DNA of 64,000 nucleotides from Oscillospiraceae bacterium (GCA_003512525.1 DOQG01000071.1:1587-65586); one strand, 5' to 3'; positions 9,818-21,056 are shown, numbered from the stretch's first letter. Program-made: numbers and translations. Notes: generated from the sequence alone by a model not told the origin.

Positions 9818-11110
9818 ATGGAGATCATTTCAAACAACAAGACCGCTACAAATACGGTAGAGGTAGAATTCAAGGCAACAGCCGAAGAATTTGAGCAGGC
9901 AGTACAGGCAGCTTATTTGAAGAAGAAAAAGAACATCAACGTTCCCGGCTTCAGAAAGGGTAAGGCACCCCGTAAGATAATAGAGGCTGAGTACGGCGAG
10001 GGTGTTTTCTATGAAGATGCGGTAAACGGTATGTACCAGAAGAGCGTTGCCGAGGTTATCGACGAGCTCAAGCTTGAAGTCGTTGATATGCCCAATATCG
10101 AAGTAACAGATGTAAGCAAGGAGAACGGTGTTTCTTTCAAGGCTACATTCACAACAAAGCCCGAGGTAGAAGTTAAGGACTATAAGGGTATAAAGGTAAC
10201 CAAGACTGTCAAGACTGTAACTGACGAAGATGTTGCAAACGAACTCAAGAGATATCAGGAGAAGGACGCAAGAATAATCGACGTTACAGACAGAGCGCTT
10301 CAGAAGGGCGATACAGCAGTATTTGACTTTGAAGGCTTCGTAGACGGTCAGCCTTTTGAGGGTGGCAAGGCAGAACACTTCTCACTCGAGATCGGCAGCG
10401 GTCAGTTTATCCCCGGCTTTGAGGACGGTATGGTAGGTCACAACATTGACGAAGAGTTTGATGTTAATGTTACATTCCCCGAGAACTACAACGCCGAGAA
10501 CTTAAAGGGCAAGCCCGCAGTATTCAAGTGCAAGATCCACGAGATCAAGGCTAAGGAATATGCAGAGCTTGACGATGAATTTGCAAAGGACGTAAGCGAT
10601 TTCGATACGCTTGACGAATTTAAGGCTGACATCAGAGCTAAGCTTGAAGAGAGCGCTAAGAATGCCGCTGACACAAAGCTTGACGCAGATATCACAGACG
10701 CTGTTATCGAGAAGCTTGAGGGCGAGATCCCCGATGCTATGATAAACAACCGTGTTGACGACCTCGTTCGTGACTGGGAATACAGAAACAGATACCAGGG
10801 TATCACAATAGCCGATTATCTGAAGTTCACAAACACAACTATCGAGCAGTTCAAGGAGAACTTCAAAGAGCCCGCCGCAAAGCAGGTTAAGCTCAGACTC
10901 GCTCTTGAGAAGATCGCTCAGATAGAGAACGTTAGCGTTACAGACGAGGACGTTGAGAAGGAATACGCTGAGATGGCTGAAAACTACAAGATGGAGCTTG
11001 ATAAGGTAAAGGCTCTTGTTGCTGAGGACGCACTCAGAAAGGATCTTGAGGTTGAAAAGGCATTCGACATCGTTCGCGAGAGTGCAGACGTAACCGAAGT
11101 TACTGAATAA
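9818..11110 (+). CDS. tig: trigger factor
   Basis: Ribosome-binding signature GFRKGKAPRKIIE near the N-terminus, FKBP-type PPIase middle domain; tig-clpP-clpX synteny. Confidence 0.95.
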   Translation: MEIISNNKTATNTVEVEFKATAEEFEQAVQAAYLKKKKNINVPGFRKGKAPRKIIEAEYGEGVFYEDAVNGMYQKSVAEVIDELKLEVVDMPNIEVTDVSKENGVSFKATFTTKPEVEVKDYKGIKVTKTVKTVTDEDVANELKRYQEKDARIIDVTDRALQKGDTAVFDFEGFVDGQPFEGGKAEHFSLEIGSGQFIPGFEDGMVGHNIDEEFDVNVTFPENYNAENLKGKPAVFKCKIHEIKAKEYAELDDEFAKDVSDFDTLDEFKADIRAKLEESAKNAADTKLDADITDAVIEKLEGEIPDAMINNRVDDLVRDWEYRNRYQGITIADYLKFTNTTIEQFKENFKEPAAKQVKLRLALEKIAQIENVSVTDEDVEKEYAEMAENYKMELDKVKALVAEDALRKDLEVEKAFDIVRESADVTEVTE

Positions 11111-11193
11111 TTTAGTTTTACAATCGGGAGCTTTCTGTGTCATTATAGAAAGCTCTTTATTGTCTGTATGAAATTAAGAAAGGCAGGAGTTTT

Positions 11194-11781
11194 ATGAGTT
11201 TAGTACCGACCGTCATTGAACAGACAGGCAGAGGAGAGAGAGCATACGACATTTTTTCAAGACTGCTTAACGACAGAATTATCATGCTTAACGAAGAAGT
11301 AAACAATGTTACTGCGGGACTTGTTGTTGCACAGTTACTGTTTCTTGAAGGACAGGATCCGGATAAGGATATCAGCCTTTATATCAACAGCCCCGGCGGT
11401 TCTATCTCTGCCGGCATGGCAATATATGACACAATGAATTACATCAAGTGTGATGTATCCACAATCTGTGTAGGTATGGCGGCTTCTATGGGCGCATTCC
11501 TGCTTTCAAGCGGCGCTAAGGGCAAGCGTTTCTGCCTGCCGAACTCGGAAGTTATGATACACCAGCCCCTTATAAGCGGCGGACTGAGCGGTCAGCAGAC
11601 CGATATCACAATCCACGCAAAGTATCTTGAAAAGACAAGAGAAACGCTTGAAAAGATAATGGCAGACAACTGTGGCAAGAGCTATGAACAGCTCCACAAG
11701 GACTGCGAACGAGATAACTTCCTTTCAGCAGAAGAGGCTTGTGCTTACGGTCTTGTTGACAAGGTAATTGCAAAGAGATAA
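11194..11781 (+). CDS. clpP: ATP-dependent Clp protease proteolytic subunit
   Basis: Catalytic triad context [11 protein letters not shown] (Ser), MIHQPL (His); 195 aa. Confidence 0.95.
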   Translation: MSLVPTVIEQTGRGERAYDIFSRLLNDRIIMLNEEVNNVTAGLVVAQLLFLEGQDPDKDISLYINSPGGSISAGMAIYDTMNYIKCDVSTICVGMAASMGAFLLSSGAKGKRFCLPNSEVMIHQPLISGGLSGQQTDITIHAKYLEKTRETLEKIMADNCGKSYEQLHKDCERDNFLSAEEACAYGLVDKVIAKR

Positions 11782-11803
11782 TCAGTTGAAAGGAAATTAA
11801 CCA

Positions 11804-13093
11804 ATGCTTAGATGCAGTTTCTGTGAAAGAACCGAAGATCAGGTCGAGCGAATCATATACGGCGCAAGCGGCTGTATATGCAACGACTGCATAGTGGCAT
11901 CATATCAGATGCTTATGGAGCAGGAGGGCAAGGCAGGATCAAAAAAGTCTAAAGTCAAGCATGAGGAAGAGCATGAGCTTATCAAGCCGGTTGATCTCAA
12001 GGCGATACTTGATAAATATATTGTCGGTCAGGACGAAGCCAAGAAGACGATCTGCGTTTCCGTATACAATCATTATAAAAAGAATTTTTGCGGTGATGAT
12101 GAAAAAGCAGATGAGATAGAGCTTCAGAAGAGCAATGTGCTTCTGCTCGGTCCTACCGGAGTAGGAAAGACGATGATAGCACAGACGCTCGCTAATGTGC
12201 TCAAAGTACCATTTGCTATTGCAGACGCAACAACGCTCACTCAGGCAGGATATGTCGGAGAGGACGTTGAGAATGTTCTGTTAAGGCTTATTCAGGCTGC
12301 CGACTATGATATCGAAGCAGCTGAACACGGTATCATATATATTGATGAGATAGACAAGATAACCAGAAAGTCCGAGAACACATCGATCACCCGTGATGTA
12401 AGCGGTGAGGGCGTACAGCAGGCACTGCTCAAGATAATTGAGGGCACTGTGTCGAATGTGCCTCCGCAGGGTGGCAGAAAGCACCCCAATCAGGAGTTTA
12501 TCCAGATAAACACGAAGAATATCCTGTTTATCTGCGGCGGTGCTTTTGAAGGTATCGATAAGCTGATAATGCAGAGAACAAGCTCATCTGCGCTCGGCTT
12601 CGGTGCGGATGTCAAGAGCAAGCAGGAAAATAAGATCAACGAGGCGCTCCATCAGGTTGAACCCGAGGATCTTGTAAAGTTCGGCATTATCCCCGAGCTT
12701 GTCGGCAGACTTCCTGTTATTGCGGTGCTTGATGACCTTGATGAGGATGCACTTGTGAAGATACTGTCAGAGCCTAAGAACGCTATTTTGAAGCAGTATA
12801 AGTATATGTTCTCTCTGGACGATATCGAGCTTGAGATAACCGACGATGCTATGCGTGCTATAGCTAAGAAAGCAGCAGAGAGAAAGACAGGCGCAAGAGG
12901 ACTGAGAACAGTGGTGGAAGAAGCGCTTTCGGATACTATGTTTGACGCTCCGAGCGATGAGAGTATAACAAAGGTCGTACTCACAGGCGAATGCGTTACC
13001 GAGGGCAAGAAGCCTGAAATAATCAGAGATGCGAATGTCGCAAAGATGAGAAGAAGTGCGGAGAAGAAAGCACTCAAGAAGAACGCAGGCTGA
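11804..13093 (+). CDS. clpX: ATP-dependent Clp protease ATP-binding subunit ClpX
   Basis: N-terminal C4 zinc finger (CSFCER..CICNDC), Walker A GPTGVGKT, sensor motifs. Confidence 0.95.
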   Translation: MLRCSFCERTEDQVERIIYGASGCICNDCIVASYQMLMEQEGKAGSKKSKVKHEEEHELIKPVDLKAILDKYIVGQDEAKKTICVSVYNHYKKNFCGDDEKADEIELQKSNVLLLGPTGVGKTMIAQTLANVLKVPFAIADATTLTQAGYVGEDVENVLLRLIQAADYDIEAAEHGIIYIDEIDKITRKSENTSITRDVSGEGVQQALLKIIEGTVSNVPPQGGRKHPNQEFIQINTKNILFICGGAFEGIDKLIMQRTSSSALGFGADVKSKQENKINEALHQVEPEDLVKFGIIPELVGRLPVIAVLDDLDEDALVKILSEPKNAILKQYKYMFSLDDIELEITDDAMRAIAKKAAERKTGARGLRTVVEEALSDTMFDAPSDESITKVVLTGECVTEGKKPEIIRDANVAKMRRSAEKKALKKNAG

Positions 13094-13224
13094 ACGACGG
13101 CAGATTTAAAGCTATAAATGCAATGCAGTCCCGACACCGTTTTCTGTGCCGGGCTGTATCTGTTTTACGTTTACAGCAGAAAAAAGCCGCAACGCAATAA
13201 ATAATAAAATTTTTAAAAATGGTA

Positions 13225-13253
13225 TTTACAAAAGCGACTTTGTATGCTATAAT
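13225..13253 (+). promoter_or_regulatory. promoter of rpsO (TTTACA 13225-13230, 17-nt spacer, extended -10 TGcTATAAT)
   Basis: Hexamers and spacing read directly. Confidence 0.55.
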
Positions 13254-13371
13254 ATCTTTGTTGTGCATTGCACACGATCAATTCTTGTCTTGGCTTTGTG
13301 GAGAATGCTCTTTATGAGAAACACCGTTTCCCGCCGCTATGACAAAGAAAATATTTTTAAGAGGTGTAACC

Positions 13372-13638
13372 ATGCTTTTAAAGGAAGAAAAGACAGCGGT
13401 TATCGAAGCTAACCGCACACACGAGAACGACACAGGTTCTCCCGAAGTACAGATCGCTATTCTCACAAAGAGAATAAACGACTTAACCGAACACTTAAAG
13501 ACTCATAAGAAGGATCACCACTCACGCCGTGGTCTTCTTAAGATGGTTGGTCACAGACGTAATCTGTTAAACTACCTCGCTAAGAAGGATATCGAACGCT
13601 ACCGTGCAATAGTAGCAAAGCTCGGTCTTCGTAAGTAA
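13372..13638 (+). CDS. rpsO: 30S ribosomal protein S15
   Basis: 89 aa with conserved [28 protein letters not shown]; RBS AAGAGG before 13372. Confidence 0.95.
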   Translation: MLLKEEKTAVIEANRTHENDTGSPEVQIAILTKRINDLTEHLKTHKKDHHSRRGLLKMVGHRRNLLNYLAKKDIERYRAIVAKLGLRK

Positions 13639-13648
13639 GAGTTCAAAA

Positions 13649-13682
13649 AAGGGCAGGGCATTTTTGTTCTGCCCTTTAACCC
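13649..13682 (+). terminator. hairpin after rpsO (partial or bidirectional terminator, likely read through into pnp)
   Basis: Stem aagggcag/ctgccctt. The T-run is weak on + and strong on -, which fits the rpsO-pnp attenuation arrangement. Confidence 0.5.
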
Positions 13683-13727
13683 TTATTTCAGACATCATTT
13701 TCTGACGTAAAGAGAAGCAGTGCAGTC

Positions 13728-13783
13728 AGCAATAAATTGAACGGAATAGCGCTATTCCGCTGAATTTATTGCTAACGCTGTTT
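13728..13783 (+). promoter_or_regulatory. 56-nt near-perfect palindrome in the pnp 5' leader (candidate RNase III processing / autoregulatory hairpin)
   Basis: agcaataaattgaacggaatagcg / cgctattccgctgaatttattgct with 2 mismatches over 24 bp, located 30 nt upstream of the pnp RBS. Confidence 0.5.
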
Positions 13784-13810
13784 CTCTTAAAATAAAACAG
13801 GAGGAACAAT

Positions 13811-15928
13811 ATGTTCGAGAATTACAAAACATTCAAAACGACATTTGCAGGCCGTGAGCTTATGGTCGAAACCGGTAAGGTATGCGGACTTGCAAACGGT
13901 TCTTGCTGGGTTCACTATGGCGAAACAGTCGTAATGGTAAACGTTACAGCAAGTGCAAAGCCCAGAGAGGGCGTTGACTTTTTCCCTCTCGCAGTAGATT
14001 ATGAAGAAAAGCTCTATGCAGTTGGAAAGATCCCCGGCGGCTACTTAAAGAGAGAGGGCAGACCCAGCGAAAAGGCTATCCTCAATTCACGAGTTGTTGA
14101 CCGTCCCATGCGTCCTCTGTTCCCTAAGGATATGAGAAATGACGTTGCTATCGTTATGACGGTTCTCGCAGTAGATCCCGAAACACAGCCCGAGATCATC
14201 GCTATGATCGGTGCTTCTATCGCGGTTTCTATCTCCGATATTCCGTGGAACGGTCCTATCGGCGGCATCTCCGTAGGTCTTGTTGACGGTGAGATTGTTC
14301 TTATGCCTGATGCAGAGCAGAGAGCAAAGTCGGATCTTCAGCTGACTGTTGCGTCAAGCGAGAAGAAGGTAGTAATGATCGAAGCCGGCGCAAACGAAGT
14401 TGACGATGACACAATGCTCAAGGCTATTATGGCAGGTCACGAAGAGATCAATAAGTCACTTATCCCCTTCATCAAGCAGATTCAGGCTGAGATTGGCAAG
14501 CCTAAGTTCAGCTTCCCCTCAATGGAGGTAGATCACGATCTGTTCGAGGCCATTCAGAGCAAGTACACAGAGCAGGTTAAATTTGCTCTTGATACTGACG
14601 ACAAGAATGTCCGTGAGGAGCGTTTACAGCCTATAAAGGACGCTATCCACGCAGAGTTTGACGAGCAGTACCCCGACAAGGCTGCTATGATAGACGAGTG
14701 CATCTACAAGCTTCAGAAGTTCATTGTAAGACGTTGGCTGTTAGACGAGCAGAAGCGTGTTGACGGCAGAGGTATGGACGAGATGCGTCCTCTCGCCGCA
14801 GAAGTAGGACTTCTCCCCAGAGTACATGGTTCAGGTCTGTTTACCCGCGGTCAGACACAGGTTATGACTATAACGACCTTAGGTCCTGTAAGCGACAGTC
14901 AGAAGCTTGACGGCATAGATGAAGAAGAAACAAAGCGTTATATGCACCACTACAACTTCCCTGCATACTCTGTTGGTGAAACAAAAGCAAGCAGAGGACC
15001 CGGCAGACGTGAGATAGGTCACGGTGCACTTGCGCAGAGAGCGCTTGAACCTGTTATCCCTCCCGTTGAAGAGTTCCCCTATGCAATAAGACTTGTATCC
15101 GAGGTGCTTTCCTCTAACGGTTCTACATCACAGGCTTCTATATGCGGTTCTACACTTTCGCTTATGGATGCAGGCGTTCCGATAAAGTCACCCGTTGCGG
15201 GCATTTCATGCGGTCTTATCACAGAAGGTGACCGTTGGATGACAATGGTTGATATCCAGGGTCTTGAAGATTTCTTCGGCGATATGGACTTCAAGGTTGG
15301 CGGTACACACAAGGGTATCACAGCTATCCAGATGGATCTTAAGATCGACGGACTTACACCCGAGATCATCAAGGATGCATTTGCAAAGACACACAAGGCA
15401 AGAGATTATATACTTGACGAAATCATGCTCAAGGCTATCCCCGAACCTCGTCCCACCGTCAACAAATACGCTCCCAAGATGCTCAACTACAAAGTACCCG
15501 TTGACAAGATCAGAGAAGTTATCGGTACAGGCGGCAAGGTTATCCAGAAGCTCTGCGCTGATTACGAGGTCAAGATCGATATTGATGAAGAGGGTAACGT
15601 ATTCATCTGCGGTCAGGATCTTGAAAAGGCTCAGAACTGCATAGCGATGATAAAGGCTATAACATCTCCTCCGGAGGTCGGCGCTATTTACAAGGGCAAG
15701 GTAGTTCGCATAATGAACTTCGGCGCATTTGTTGAGATTGCTCCCGGTAAGGACGGTATGGTTCACATCTCAGAGCTTGAAAACAGAAGAGTTGAAAAGG
15801 TTGAAGATGTTGTTTCTATCGGCGATGAGATAATCGTTAAGGTTCTCGACATTGACAATCAGGGTAAGATCAGACTTTCAAGAAAGGCTGCACTTGCTGA
15901 AATCGAAGCCAAGAAGAAAAACGGCTGA
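13811..15928 (+). CDS. pnp: polyribonucleotide nucleotidyltransferase (PNPase)
   Basis: 705 aa with two RNase PH domains, KH and a C-terminal S1 domain (..FGAFVEIAPGKDGMVHISE..). Confidence 0.95.
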   Translation: MFENYKTFKTTFAGRELMVETGKVCGLANGSCWVHYGETVVMVNVTASAKPREGVDFFPLAVDYEEKLYAVGKIPGGYLKREGRPSEKAILNSRVVDRPMRPLFPKDMRNDVAIVMTVLAVDPETQPEIIAMIGASIAVSISDIPWNGPIGGISVGLVDGEIVLMPDAEQRAKSDLQLTVASSEKKVVMIEAGANEVDDDTMLKAIMAGHEEINKSLIPFIKQIQAEIGKPKFSFPSMEVDHDLFEAIQSKYTEQVKFALDTDDKNVREERLQPIKDAIHAEFDEQYPDKAAMIDECIYKLQKFIVRRWLLDEQKRVDGRGMDEMRPLAAEVGLLPRVHGSGLFTRGQTQVMTITTLGPVSDSQKLDGIDEEETKRYMHHYNFPAYSVGETKASRGPGRREIGHGALAQRALEPVIPPVEEFPYAIRLVSEVLSSNGSTSQASICGSTLSLMDAGVPIKSPVAGISCGLITEGDRWMTMVDIQGLEDFFGDMDFKVGGTHKGITAIQMDLKIDGLTPEIIKDAFAKTHKARDYILDEIMLKAIPEPRPTVNKYAPKMLNYKVPVDKIREVIGTGGKVIQKLCADYEVKIDIDEEGNVFICGQDLEKAQNCIAMIKAITSPPEVGAIYKGKVVRIMNFGAFVEIAPGKDGMVHISELENRRVEKVEDVVSIGDEIIVKVLDIDNQGKIRLSRKAALAEIEAKKKNG

Positions 15929-15949
15929 TAAAAGCTTAGAATTGATAAA

Positions 15950-15985
15950 ACAGACCTGTGGGATACTCCCGCAGGTCTTTTTATG
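15950..15985 (+). terminator. rho-independent terminator after pnp
   Basis: 12-bp stem agacctgtggga/tcccgcaggtct followed by TTTTTAT. Confidence 0.8.
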
Positions 15986-16124
15986 TGCATTTTCGGCTTG
16001 CAATGACACGTTGTTTGTGATATACTTATACTGTATCATTATGCGATAACAGCGTACTTTGCTGTATATTTTCAGCTCTTTTGCAGAAAATATCAAGAGA
16101 AAATTTCAGCAAAGGAGCAGGTTT

Positions 16125-17027
16125 ATGAATAAAGATAACAGCATAAATGATGAACGAACCGACGAAGGAAATGAAGAGCAGGTAACTGCGGATCAGCCGT
16201 CCGATAACGGCGTATTCGCTTCTGCTAATGCGGAGCATAACATACACTGCCTTAATGTCATAGGTCAGATCGAGGGGCACTATATCCTACCGCCGCAGAA
16301 CAAAACAACAAAATATGAGCATATTATGCCGGCTCTTGTGGCTATTGAGCAGGATATGAGCATAGAGGGACTGCTTATAATACTCAATACCGTCGGAGGA
16401 GATGTCGAGGCGGGGCTTGCCATATCGGAACTTATCGCAGGAATGTCGAAGCCCACGGTTTCGATAGTAGTCGGCGGCGGTCACTCAATAGGTGTACCGC
16501 TTGCGGTAAGTGCAAGAAAGAGCTTTATTGTGCCGTCTGCAACAATGACTATACACCCCGTCAGAATGAACGGGCTTTTGCTCGGCATACCTCAGACGTT
16601 ATCGTATTTTGAGCGTATGCAGGAGAGGATAATCAACTTTGTCAGTAAGAACAGCGATATAAAGCCCGAACGTTTTAGAGAGCTTATGATGAAGAAAGAT
16701 GAACTTGTTATGGACGTGGGTTCGGTGCTTGACGGTGAAACGGCCGTCAACGAAGGGCTTATTGACAGCCTCGGAGGACTCAGTGACGCGGTGCAGTGCC
16801 TGTATTCGCTTATCGAAAATAACGGCTCTGCTAAAAGTAAGAAAGATACAGCTTCAGATCCGACTGCAGATAAAAAGAAAACCCCTTCATCATCAAAAAA
16901 ATCAGTACGAAGCACACGGGAAAAGGGGAAAGTTACAGCTAAGGTCAGCACTTTCAGGGAATATCACCCGGGTGGTGCGGAAGCTAAGTCTATGCGGGGT
17001 ACTGCAAATGTTTCAGACCGTTATTGA
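16125..17027 (+). CDS. ClpP-like serine protease paralog (TepA/YmfB-like) with K/S-rich C-terminal tail
   Basis: ClpP/crotonase fold signature [34 protein letters not shown]. About 240-aa core plus a 60-aa low-complexity tail. RBS AAAGGAG before 16125. Confidence 0.7.
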   Translation: MNKDNSINDERTDEGNEEQVTADQPSDNGVFASANAEHNIHCLNVIGQIEGHYILPPQNKTTKYEHIMPALVAIEQDMSIEGLLIILNTVGGDVEAGLAISELIAGMSKPTVSIVVGGGHSIGVPLAVSARKSFIVPSATMTIHPVRMNGLLLGIPQTLSYFERMQERIINFVSKNSDIKPERFRELMMKKDELVMDVGSVLDGETAVNEGLIDSLGGLSDAVQCLYSLIENNGSAKSKKDTASDPTADKKKTPSSSKKSVRSTREKGKVTAKVSTFREYHPGGAEAKSMRGTANVSDRY

Positions 17028-17267
17028 TGAATACGAAGTGTTCGGCGGCGCTATGCAGTATGATAACAATGCCTATTATGCCATAGACGGCTGTGTGTTT
17101 TCATACAGTATAAATGCTGATGCAAATCATACCGAGCTATCGACTGAGCCCGGTTCATATCTCAGGTTCACGGAAATATCGATTTAGTCATTCCGGGCTT
17201 ATGCCCGTACATATAATATAATAATATGCCGGAAGGCACTACAGATTGGAAAGGAACAAAAGAAAAA

Positions 17268-18131
17268 ATGGAGTACATAAGTATAATTATTCAAGGCATT
17301 ATCCAGGGACTTACCGAGTTTCTGCCGGTATCAAGCTCGGGTCACTTATCTGTGGCACAACATTTTATGAATGTCGGTGAAAACAGTCTTATAACCTCGG
17401 TAATTCTGCACCTTGGCACTCTGCTTGCGGTATTTATAGCATTCTTTCCGACTATATGGGGAATGATAAAGGAGTTTTTCCTTACAATAAAGGATATATT
17501 CACAGGAAAATTCTCATGGAAGAATATGAACGCAAACAGACGTATGATGTTTATGGTCATAATCTCTACGGCTATGCTTGTGCCGGTGTACTTCTTCAAA
17601 GACTTTTTTACAGGTTTTGAGGGCGATAACGATATCATTTTTGAAGGTGCGGCATTCCTTTTCACGGCACTGCTTCTGTTCATGTCCGATAAGTGTGTCA
17701 AAGGCAACAAGACGGGTGATAAGATGAAGGTAGCCGATGCTGTTGCAGTCGGCGCTATGCAGTGTGTAGCGCTGTTCCCCGGTGTTTCGCGCTCCGGTTC
17801 TACAACAGCGGCAGGTCTTTTCTGCGGACTTACAAAGGAAACCGCAGTCACATTCTCATTTATACTCGGCATACCCGCGATACTCGGCGGCAGTGTGCTT
17901 GAAATTGGCAGTGCGCTTAAGAGTGATATTCAGCTTGATTGGGTTCAACTGGGCATAGGCTTTGCAGTTTCGGCAGTTGTCGGATTGCTTGCTATCGCAC
18001 TTGTAAAGTGGCTCTTAAAGAAGGACAGATTCAAGATCTTCGGCTTCTATACAGCAATACTCGGTGCGGCGTGCATAGCGGTAGGAATATATGAGCTTGT
18101 TACCGGTACGCGTATTATGATCGTTATCTGA
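17268..18131 (+). CDS. uppP: undecaprenyl-diphosphate phosphatase
   Basis: GLTEFLPVSSSGHL and SRSGSTTAAGL motifs of BacA/UppP; 8 TM segments. Confidence 0.9.
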   Translation: MEYISIIIQGIIQGLTEFLPVSSSGHLSVAQHFMNVGENSLITSVILHLGTLLAVFIAFFPTIWGMIKEFFLTIKDIFTGKFSWKNMNANRRMMFMVIISTAMLVPVYFFKDFFTGFEGDNDIIFEGAAFLFTALLLFMSDKCVKGNKTGDKMKVADAVAVGAMQCVALFPGVSRSGSTTAAGLFCGLTKETAVTFSFILGIPAILGGSVLEIGSALKSDIQLDWVQLGIGFAVSAVVGLLAIALVKWLLKKDRFKIFGFYTAILGAACIAVGIYELVTGTRIMIVI

Positions 18132-18185
18132 TAAACAGAAATTTCATTTTATCCGACAAAATCAATGGGAGAAAGGATGTAGTAA

Positions 18186-21056
18186 ATGGCTGCAAAAAGA
18201 AATATAAATGCAGATACGGCTAAGGATACGGCAAAGACAACCAAAAGGCAAAGCAATGCCGAAAAGAAGCAACAGGAATATCTGGAGCGGCGCAAGGAAG
18301 AAATGGAAAAAGAGCAGCGCTCAAAAAGGCGCAGAAGCTCGATAATCCTTTTTGCCATCGGCGTTTTGTTACTTCTGTTTACGATTATCGGACTGATTAG
18401 CGGTATGAGCAGAAGTGAGGGTGACAGCCTCAATATGCTTGACATGATCTATTCGTTCCTTTGCGGAGTGTTCGGTTTTACGGTGTTCTTTACAGGTCCT
18501 ATAGTGATATATGTTGCGGTATTGATAGCGACCGACAAGAGCAGAACGAGTATTTTCACAAAAGTATTGCAGCTATCCGGCGGAATAATAATACTCAGCA
18601 CAGCTATTCAGATAATATTTGTAGGTTCGGTCGGAAAGGGTACAACGGACTTTTTTGGTGCGATAGGCAGTCTTTACACTGACGGTGTAAATCTTATCGG
18701 CGGCGGTATAATAGGCGGACTTCCTGCGTGGGCGCTGCTCTTGTTCGGAAATATCGGCGCAATAGTGATAATAATACTTATAGCTTTTGTATTTGTTATG
18801 CTCATAAGCAGAAAATCTCTTATGGATTTTCTCGGTGCTGTCGGAAAGCCAGTAAAAAAGGCGGCTGTTACCGCTAAGGAAAAGCACGCACAGCATAAAG
18901 AGGAGATAGAAGCGTTCAGGCGTGAGCAGGAGCAGCTAAGGCTTCAGGCAGAAAGTGAAAACAAGGAACGTCTTGCTCAGCTTGAGATGAATGCTGTCGG
19001 AAGTGAAAAAACAACGCTTAAGGACAGACAGAAAGAAAATATCGAAGAGCAGAAAAAAGACAGCGATAATTTCATCAACGAGCTTAACAATTATAACGGT
19101 ATTGTATCTCCTAAGCCTGAAGAGGCAGTGCAGCACAGCAACGAAGTTCTACCCGATATAGCACCTGAGAGCGACATACATACTTCGTGCGAAAAACTTC
19201 CCGACCTGCCTGATACCTTGGTGACCGGCACGGATAATGCTGTCGCAAATGCGGCTTTTGAAAAGCAGAAAAGCGCATTTACAGAAGAAACAAAAGATAC
19301 TGCCGCAGTCGCTGACGAATATCCGCCTTTGCCTGATTATCCTCCGGAGGAGGTTAATCCCGTTGAAGCAGCTCTCAATTCGTTCATAGAAGAAACAAAC
19401 GGCGAACAGGAAGCAATAAGACAGCGCGAGGAGCAGTTTGTAAGCGACGTAAGCGCGCCTGCTTTACAGTCCGAAGAGCCGCCCGCCGAAGAAAAAGCCG
19501 CCGGGAATGACGGCGTTAAGCAGTCGGGCGAGGACGCAGAGAACAAGCTGTATACCGTTACGATAGACCCTGACGATCACCCGCTCCCGCCGACTGCTTT
19601 GCTAGATGAGATAATGCCCGGCAAGGCACAGGAGGATATTGACAGGGAGCTTGAAACCAATGCTACGACCATTGTAGAGGCACTGAGGAGCTTCGGGGTT
19701 CAGACTAAGTGTATCGGTACTTGCCGAGGACCTTCTGTAACCAGATATGAATTACAGCCTGCGGCAGGCGTTAAGATTTCCAAGATCACGGGACTTGCCG
19801 ATGATATAGCGCTTAATCTTGCGTCATCGGGCATTCGTATTGAAGCTCCGATACCGAATAAGCCTGCAGTCGGCATAGAGGTGCCGAATAAGATAAGAGA
19901 TACCGTGCCGTTCAGACAGCTTATCGAAAGCCCTGAGATTGCTGAGAAAAAGAGCAAGCTTGCGGCGGTGCTCGGTAAGGATATCTCGGGTGAGATAGTG
20001 ATCGCCGATATTGCCGAAATGCCGCATCTGCTTATTGCGGGTACTACAGGTTCAGGTAAATCGGTATGTGTAAACTCGATAATAATGTCGATACTGTTCA
20101 GAAGCAAGCCCGAAGAAGTGCGCTTTATAATGATAGACCCGAAAGCGGTCGAATTTATGGCATATAACGGCATACCGCACCTTCTTATTCCTGTTGTGAC
20201 AGATCCGAAAAAAGCCGCCGGAGCTCTTAATTGGGCGGTAGGCGAGATGCTGAAAAGATACAGTATGTTCTCGGAATATAACGTGCGTAACATTCACGGT
20301 TTTAATTCGCTTGCGGATAAAGACCCTGAGATGAAGAAGATGGAACAGATAGTTATCTTTATTGATGAGCTTGCCGATCTTATTATGGCATCTAAGAATG
20401 AGGTCGAGGACAGCATATGCCGACTTGCACAAATGGCGCGTGCCGCCGGTATGCATCTTGTTATCGCCACACAGCGTCCGACAGTAGATGTCGTTACCGG
20501 TCTTATCAAGGCGAATATACCCAGCCGTATCGCACTTAAAGTCAGCTCGGGTACTGACAGCCGTGTAATTATGGACGAGCAGGGTGCGGAAAAGCTTCTC
20601 GGTAAGGGTGATATGTTGTTCAAGTCTGTTTCTATGCCTAAGCCTACACGAGTGCAGGGCTGCTGGATATCCGACAAGGAGGTCGAGCGCGTAGTTGACT
20701 TTCTCAAGAATAAATTTGAGCTTGATTATGACGATGACGTAATCAAAGAGGTCGAGCGTCAGGCTGAGCTTGTCAAGGGCAACGATAAGTCGTCGGAGAG
20801 CTCCGGCTTTGAAAGCGGTGATATCGATGTCAGCGATGATAAGCTGGAAGATGCTATCCGCATTGTTGTTGAGAACGGTCAGGCGAGTGTAAGCACACTT
20901 CAGAGAAAGCTTAAGCTCGGGTTCGGCAGAGCCGCAAGGCTTGTCGATGTTATGGAAGAGATGGGTATTGTAGGACCGTCGCAGGGCAGTAAGCCGCGAG
21001 AGGTGCTTATGACAAAGGAACAGTATTACGAGCGCCAGATGAATAAACAACAGTGA
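18186..21056 (+). CDS. ftsK: DNA translocase FtsK/SpoIIIE
   Basis: N-terminal 4-TM domain, long linker, motor domain with Walker A GTTGSGKS and a C-terminal gamma (winged-helix) domain. Confidence 0.95.
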   Translation: MAAKRNINADTAKDTAKTTKRQSNAEKKQQEYLERRKEEMEKEQRSKRRRSSIILFAIGVLLLLFTIIGLISGMSRSEGDSLNMLDMIYSFLCGVFGFTVFFTGPIVIYVAVLIATDKSRTSIFTKVLQLSGGIIILSTAIQIIFVGSVGKGTTDFFGAIGSLYTDGVNLIGGGIIGGLPAWALLLFGNIGAIVIIILIAFVFVMLISRKSLMDFLGAVGKPVKKAAVTAKEKHAQHKEEIEAFRREQEQLRLQAESENKERLAQLEMNAVGSEKTTLKDRQKENIEEQKKDSDNFINELNNYNGIVSPKPEEAVQHSNEVLPDIAPESDIHTSCEKLPDLPDTLVTGTDNAVANAAFEKQKSAFTEETKDTAAVADEYPPLPDYPPEEVNPVEAALNSFIEETNGEQEAIRQREEQFVSDVSAPALQSEEPPAEEKAAGNDGVKQSGEDAENKLYTVTIDPDDHPLPPTALLDEIMPGKAQEDIDRELETNATTIVEALRSFGVQTKCIGTCRGPSVTRYELQPAAGVKISKITGLADDIALNLASSGIRIEAPIPNKPAVGIEVPNKIRDTVPFRQLIESPEIAEKKSKLAAVLGKDISGEIVIADIAEMPHLLIAGTTGSGKSVCVNSIIMSILFRSKPEEVRFIMIDPKAVEFMAYNGIPHLLIPVVTDPKKAAGALNWAVGEMLKRYSMFSEYNVRNIHGFNSLADKDPEMKKMEQIVIFIDELADLIMASKNEVEDSICRLAQMARAAGMHLVIATQRPTVDVVTGLIKANIPSRIALKVSSGTDSRVIMDEQGAEKLLGKGDMLFKSVSMPKPTRVQGCWISDKEVERVVDFLKNKFELDYDDDVIKEVERQAELVKGNDKSSESSGFESGDIDVSDDKLEDAIRIVVENGQASVSTLQRKLKLGFGRAARLVDVMEEMGIVGPSQGSKPREVLMTKEQYYERQMNKQQ

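Noticed and set aside
16699-17187. 162-aa ORF overlapping the tepA-like gene 3' end and extending into the spacer (internal 46-codon MQYDNNAYYAIDG... segment)
   Set aside because: It is out of frame with, and mostly inside, the tepA-like CDS. The downstream segment has no convincing RBS.
20052-21050. 332-aa antisense ORF inside ftsK, and similar long antisense ORFs (15206-15766 in pnp, 10502-11143 in tig, 50014-50655 and 50803-51366 in glyA, 47574-48137 in xylB, 44168-45127 across pfkA/serpin, 19700-20293 in ftsK)
   Set aside because: They lie fully within well-supported conserved genes on the opposite strand and have biased, low-complexity translations with no RBS. They are typical shadow ORFs.
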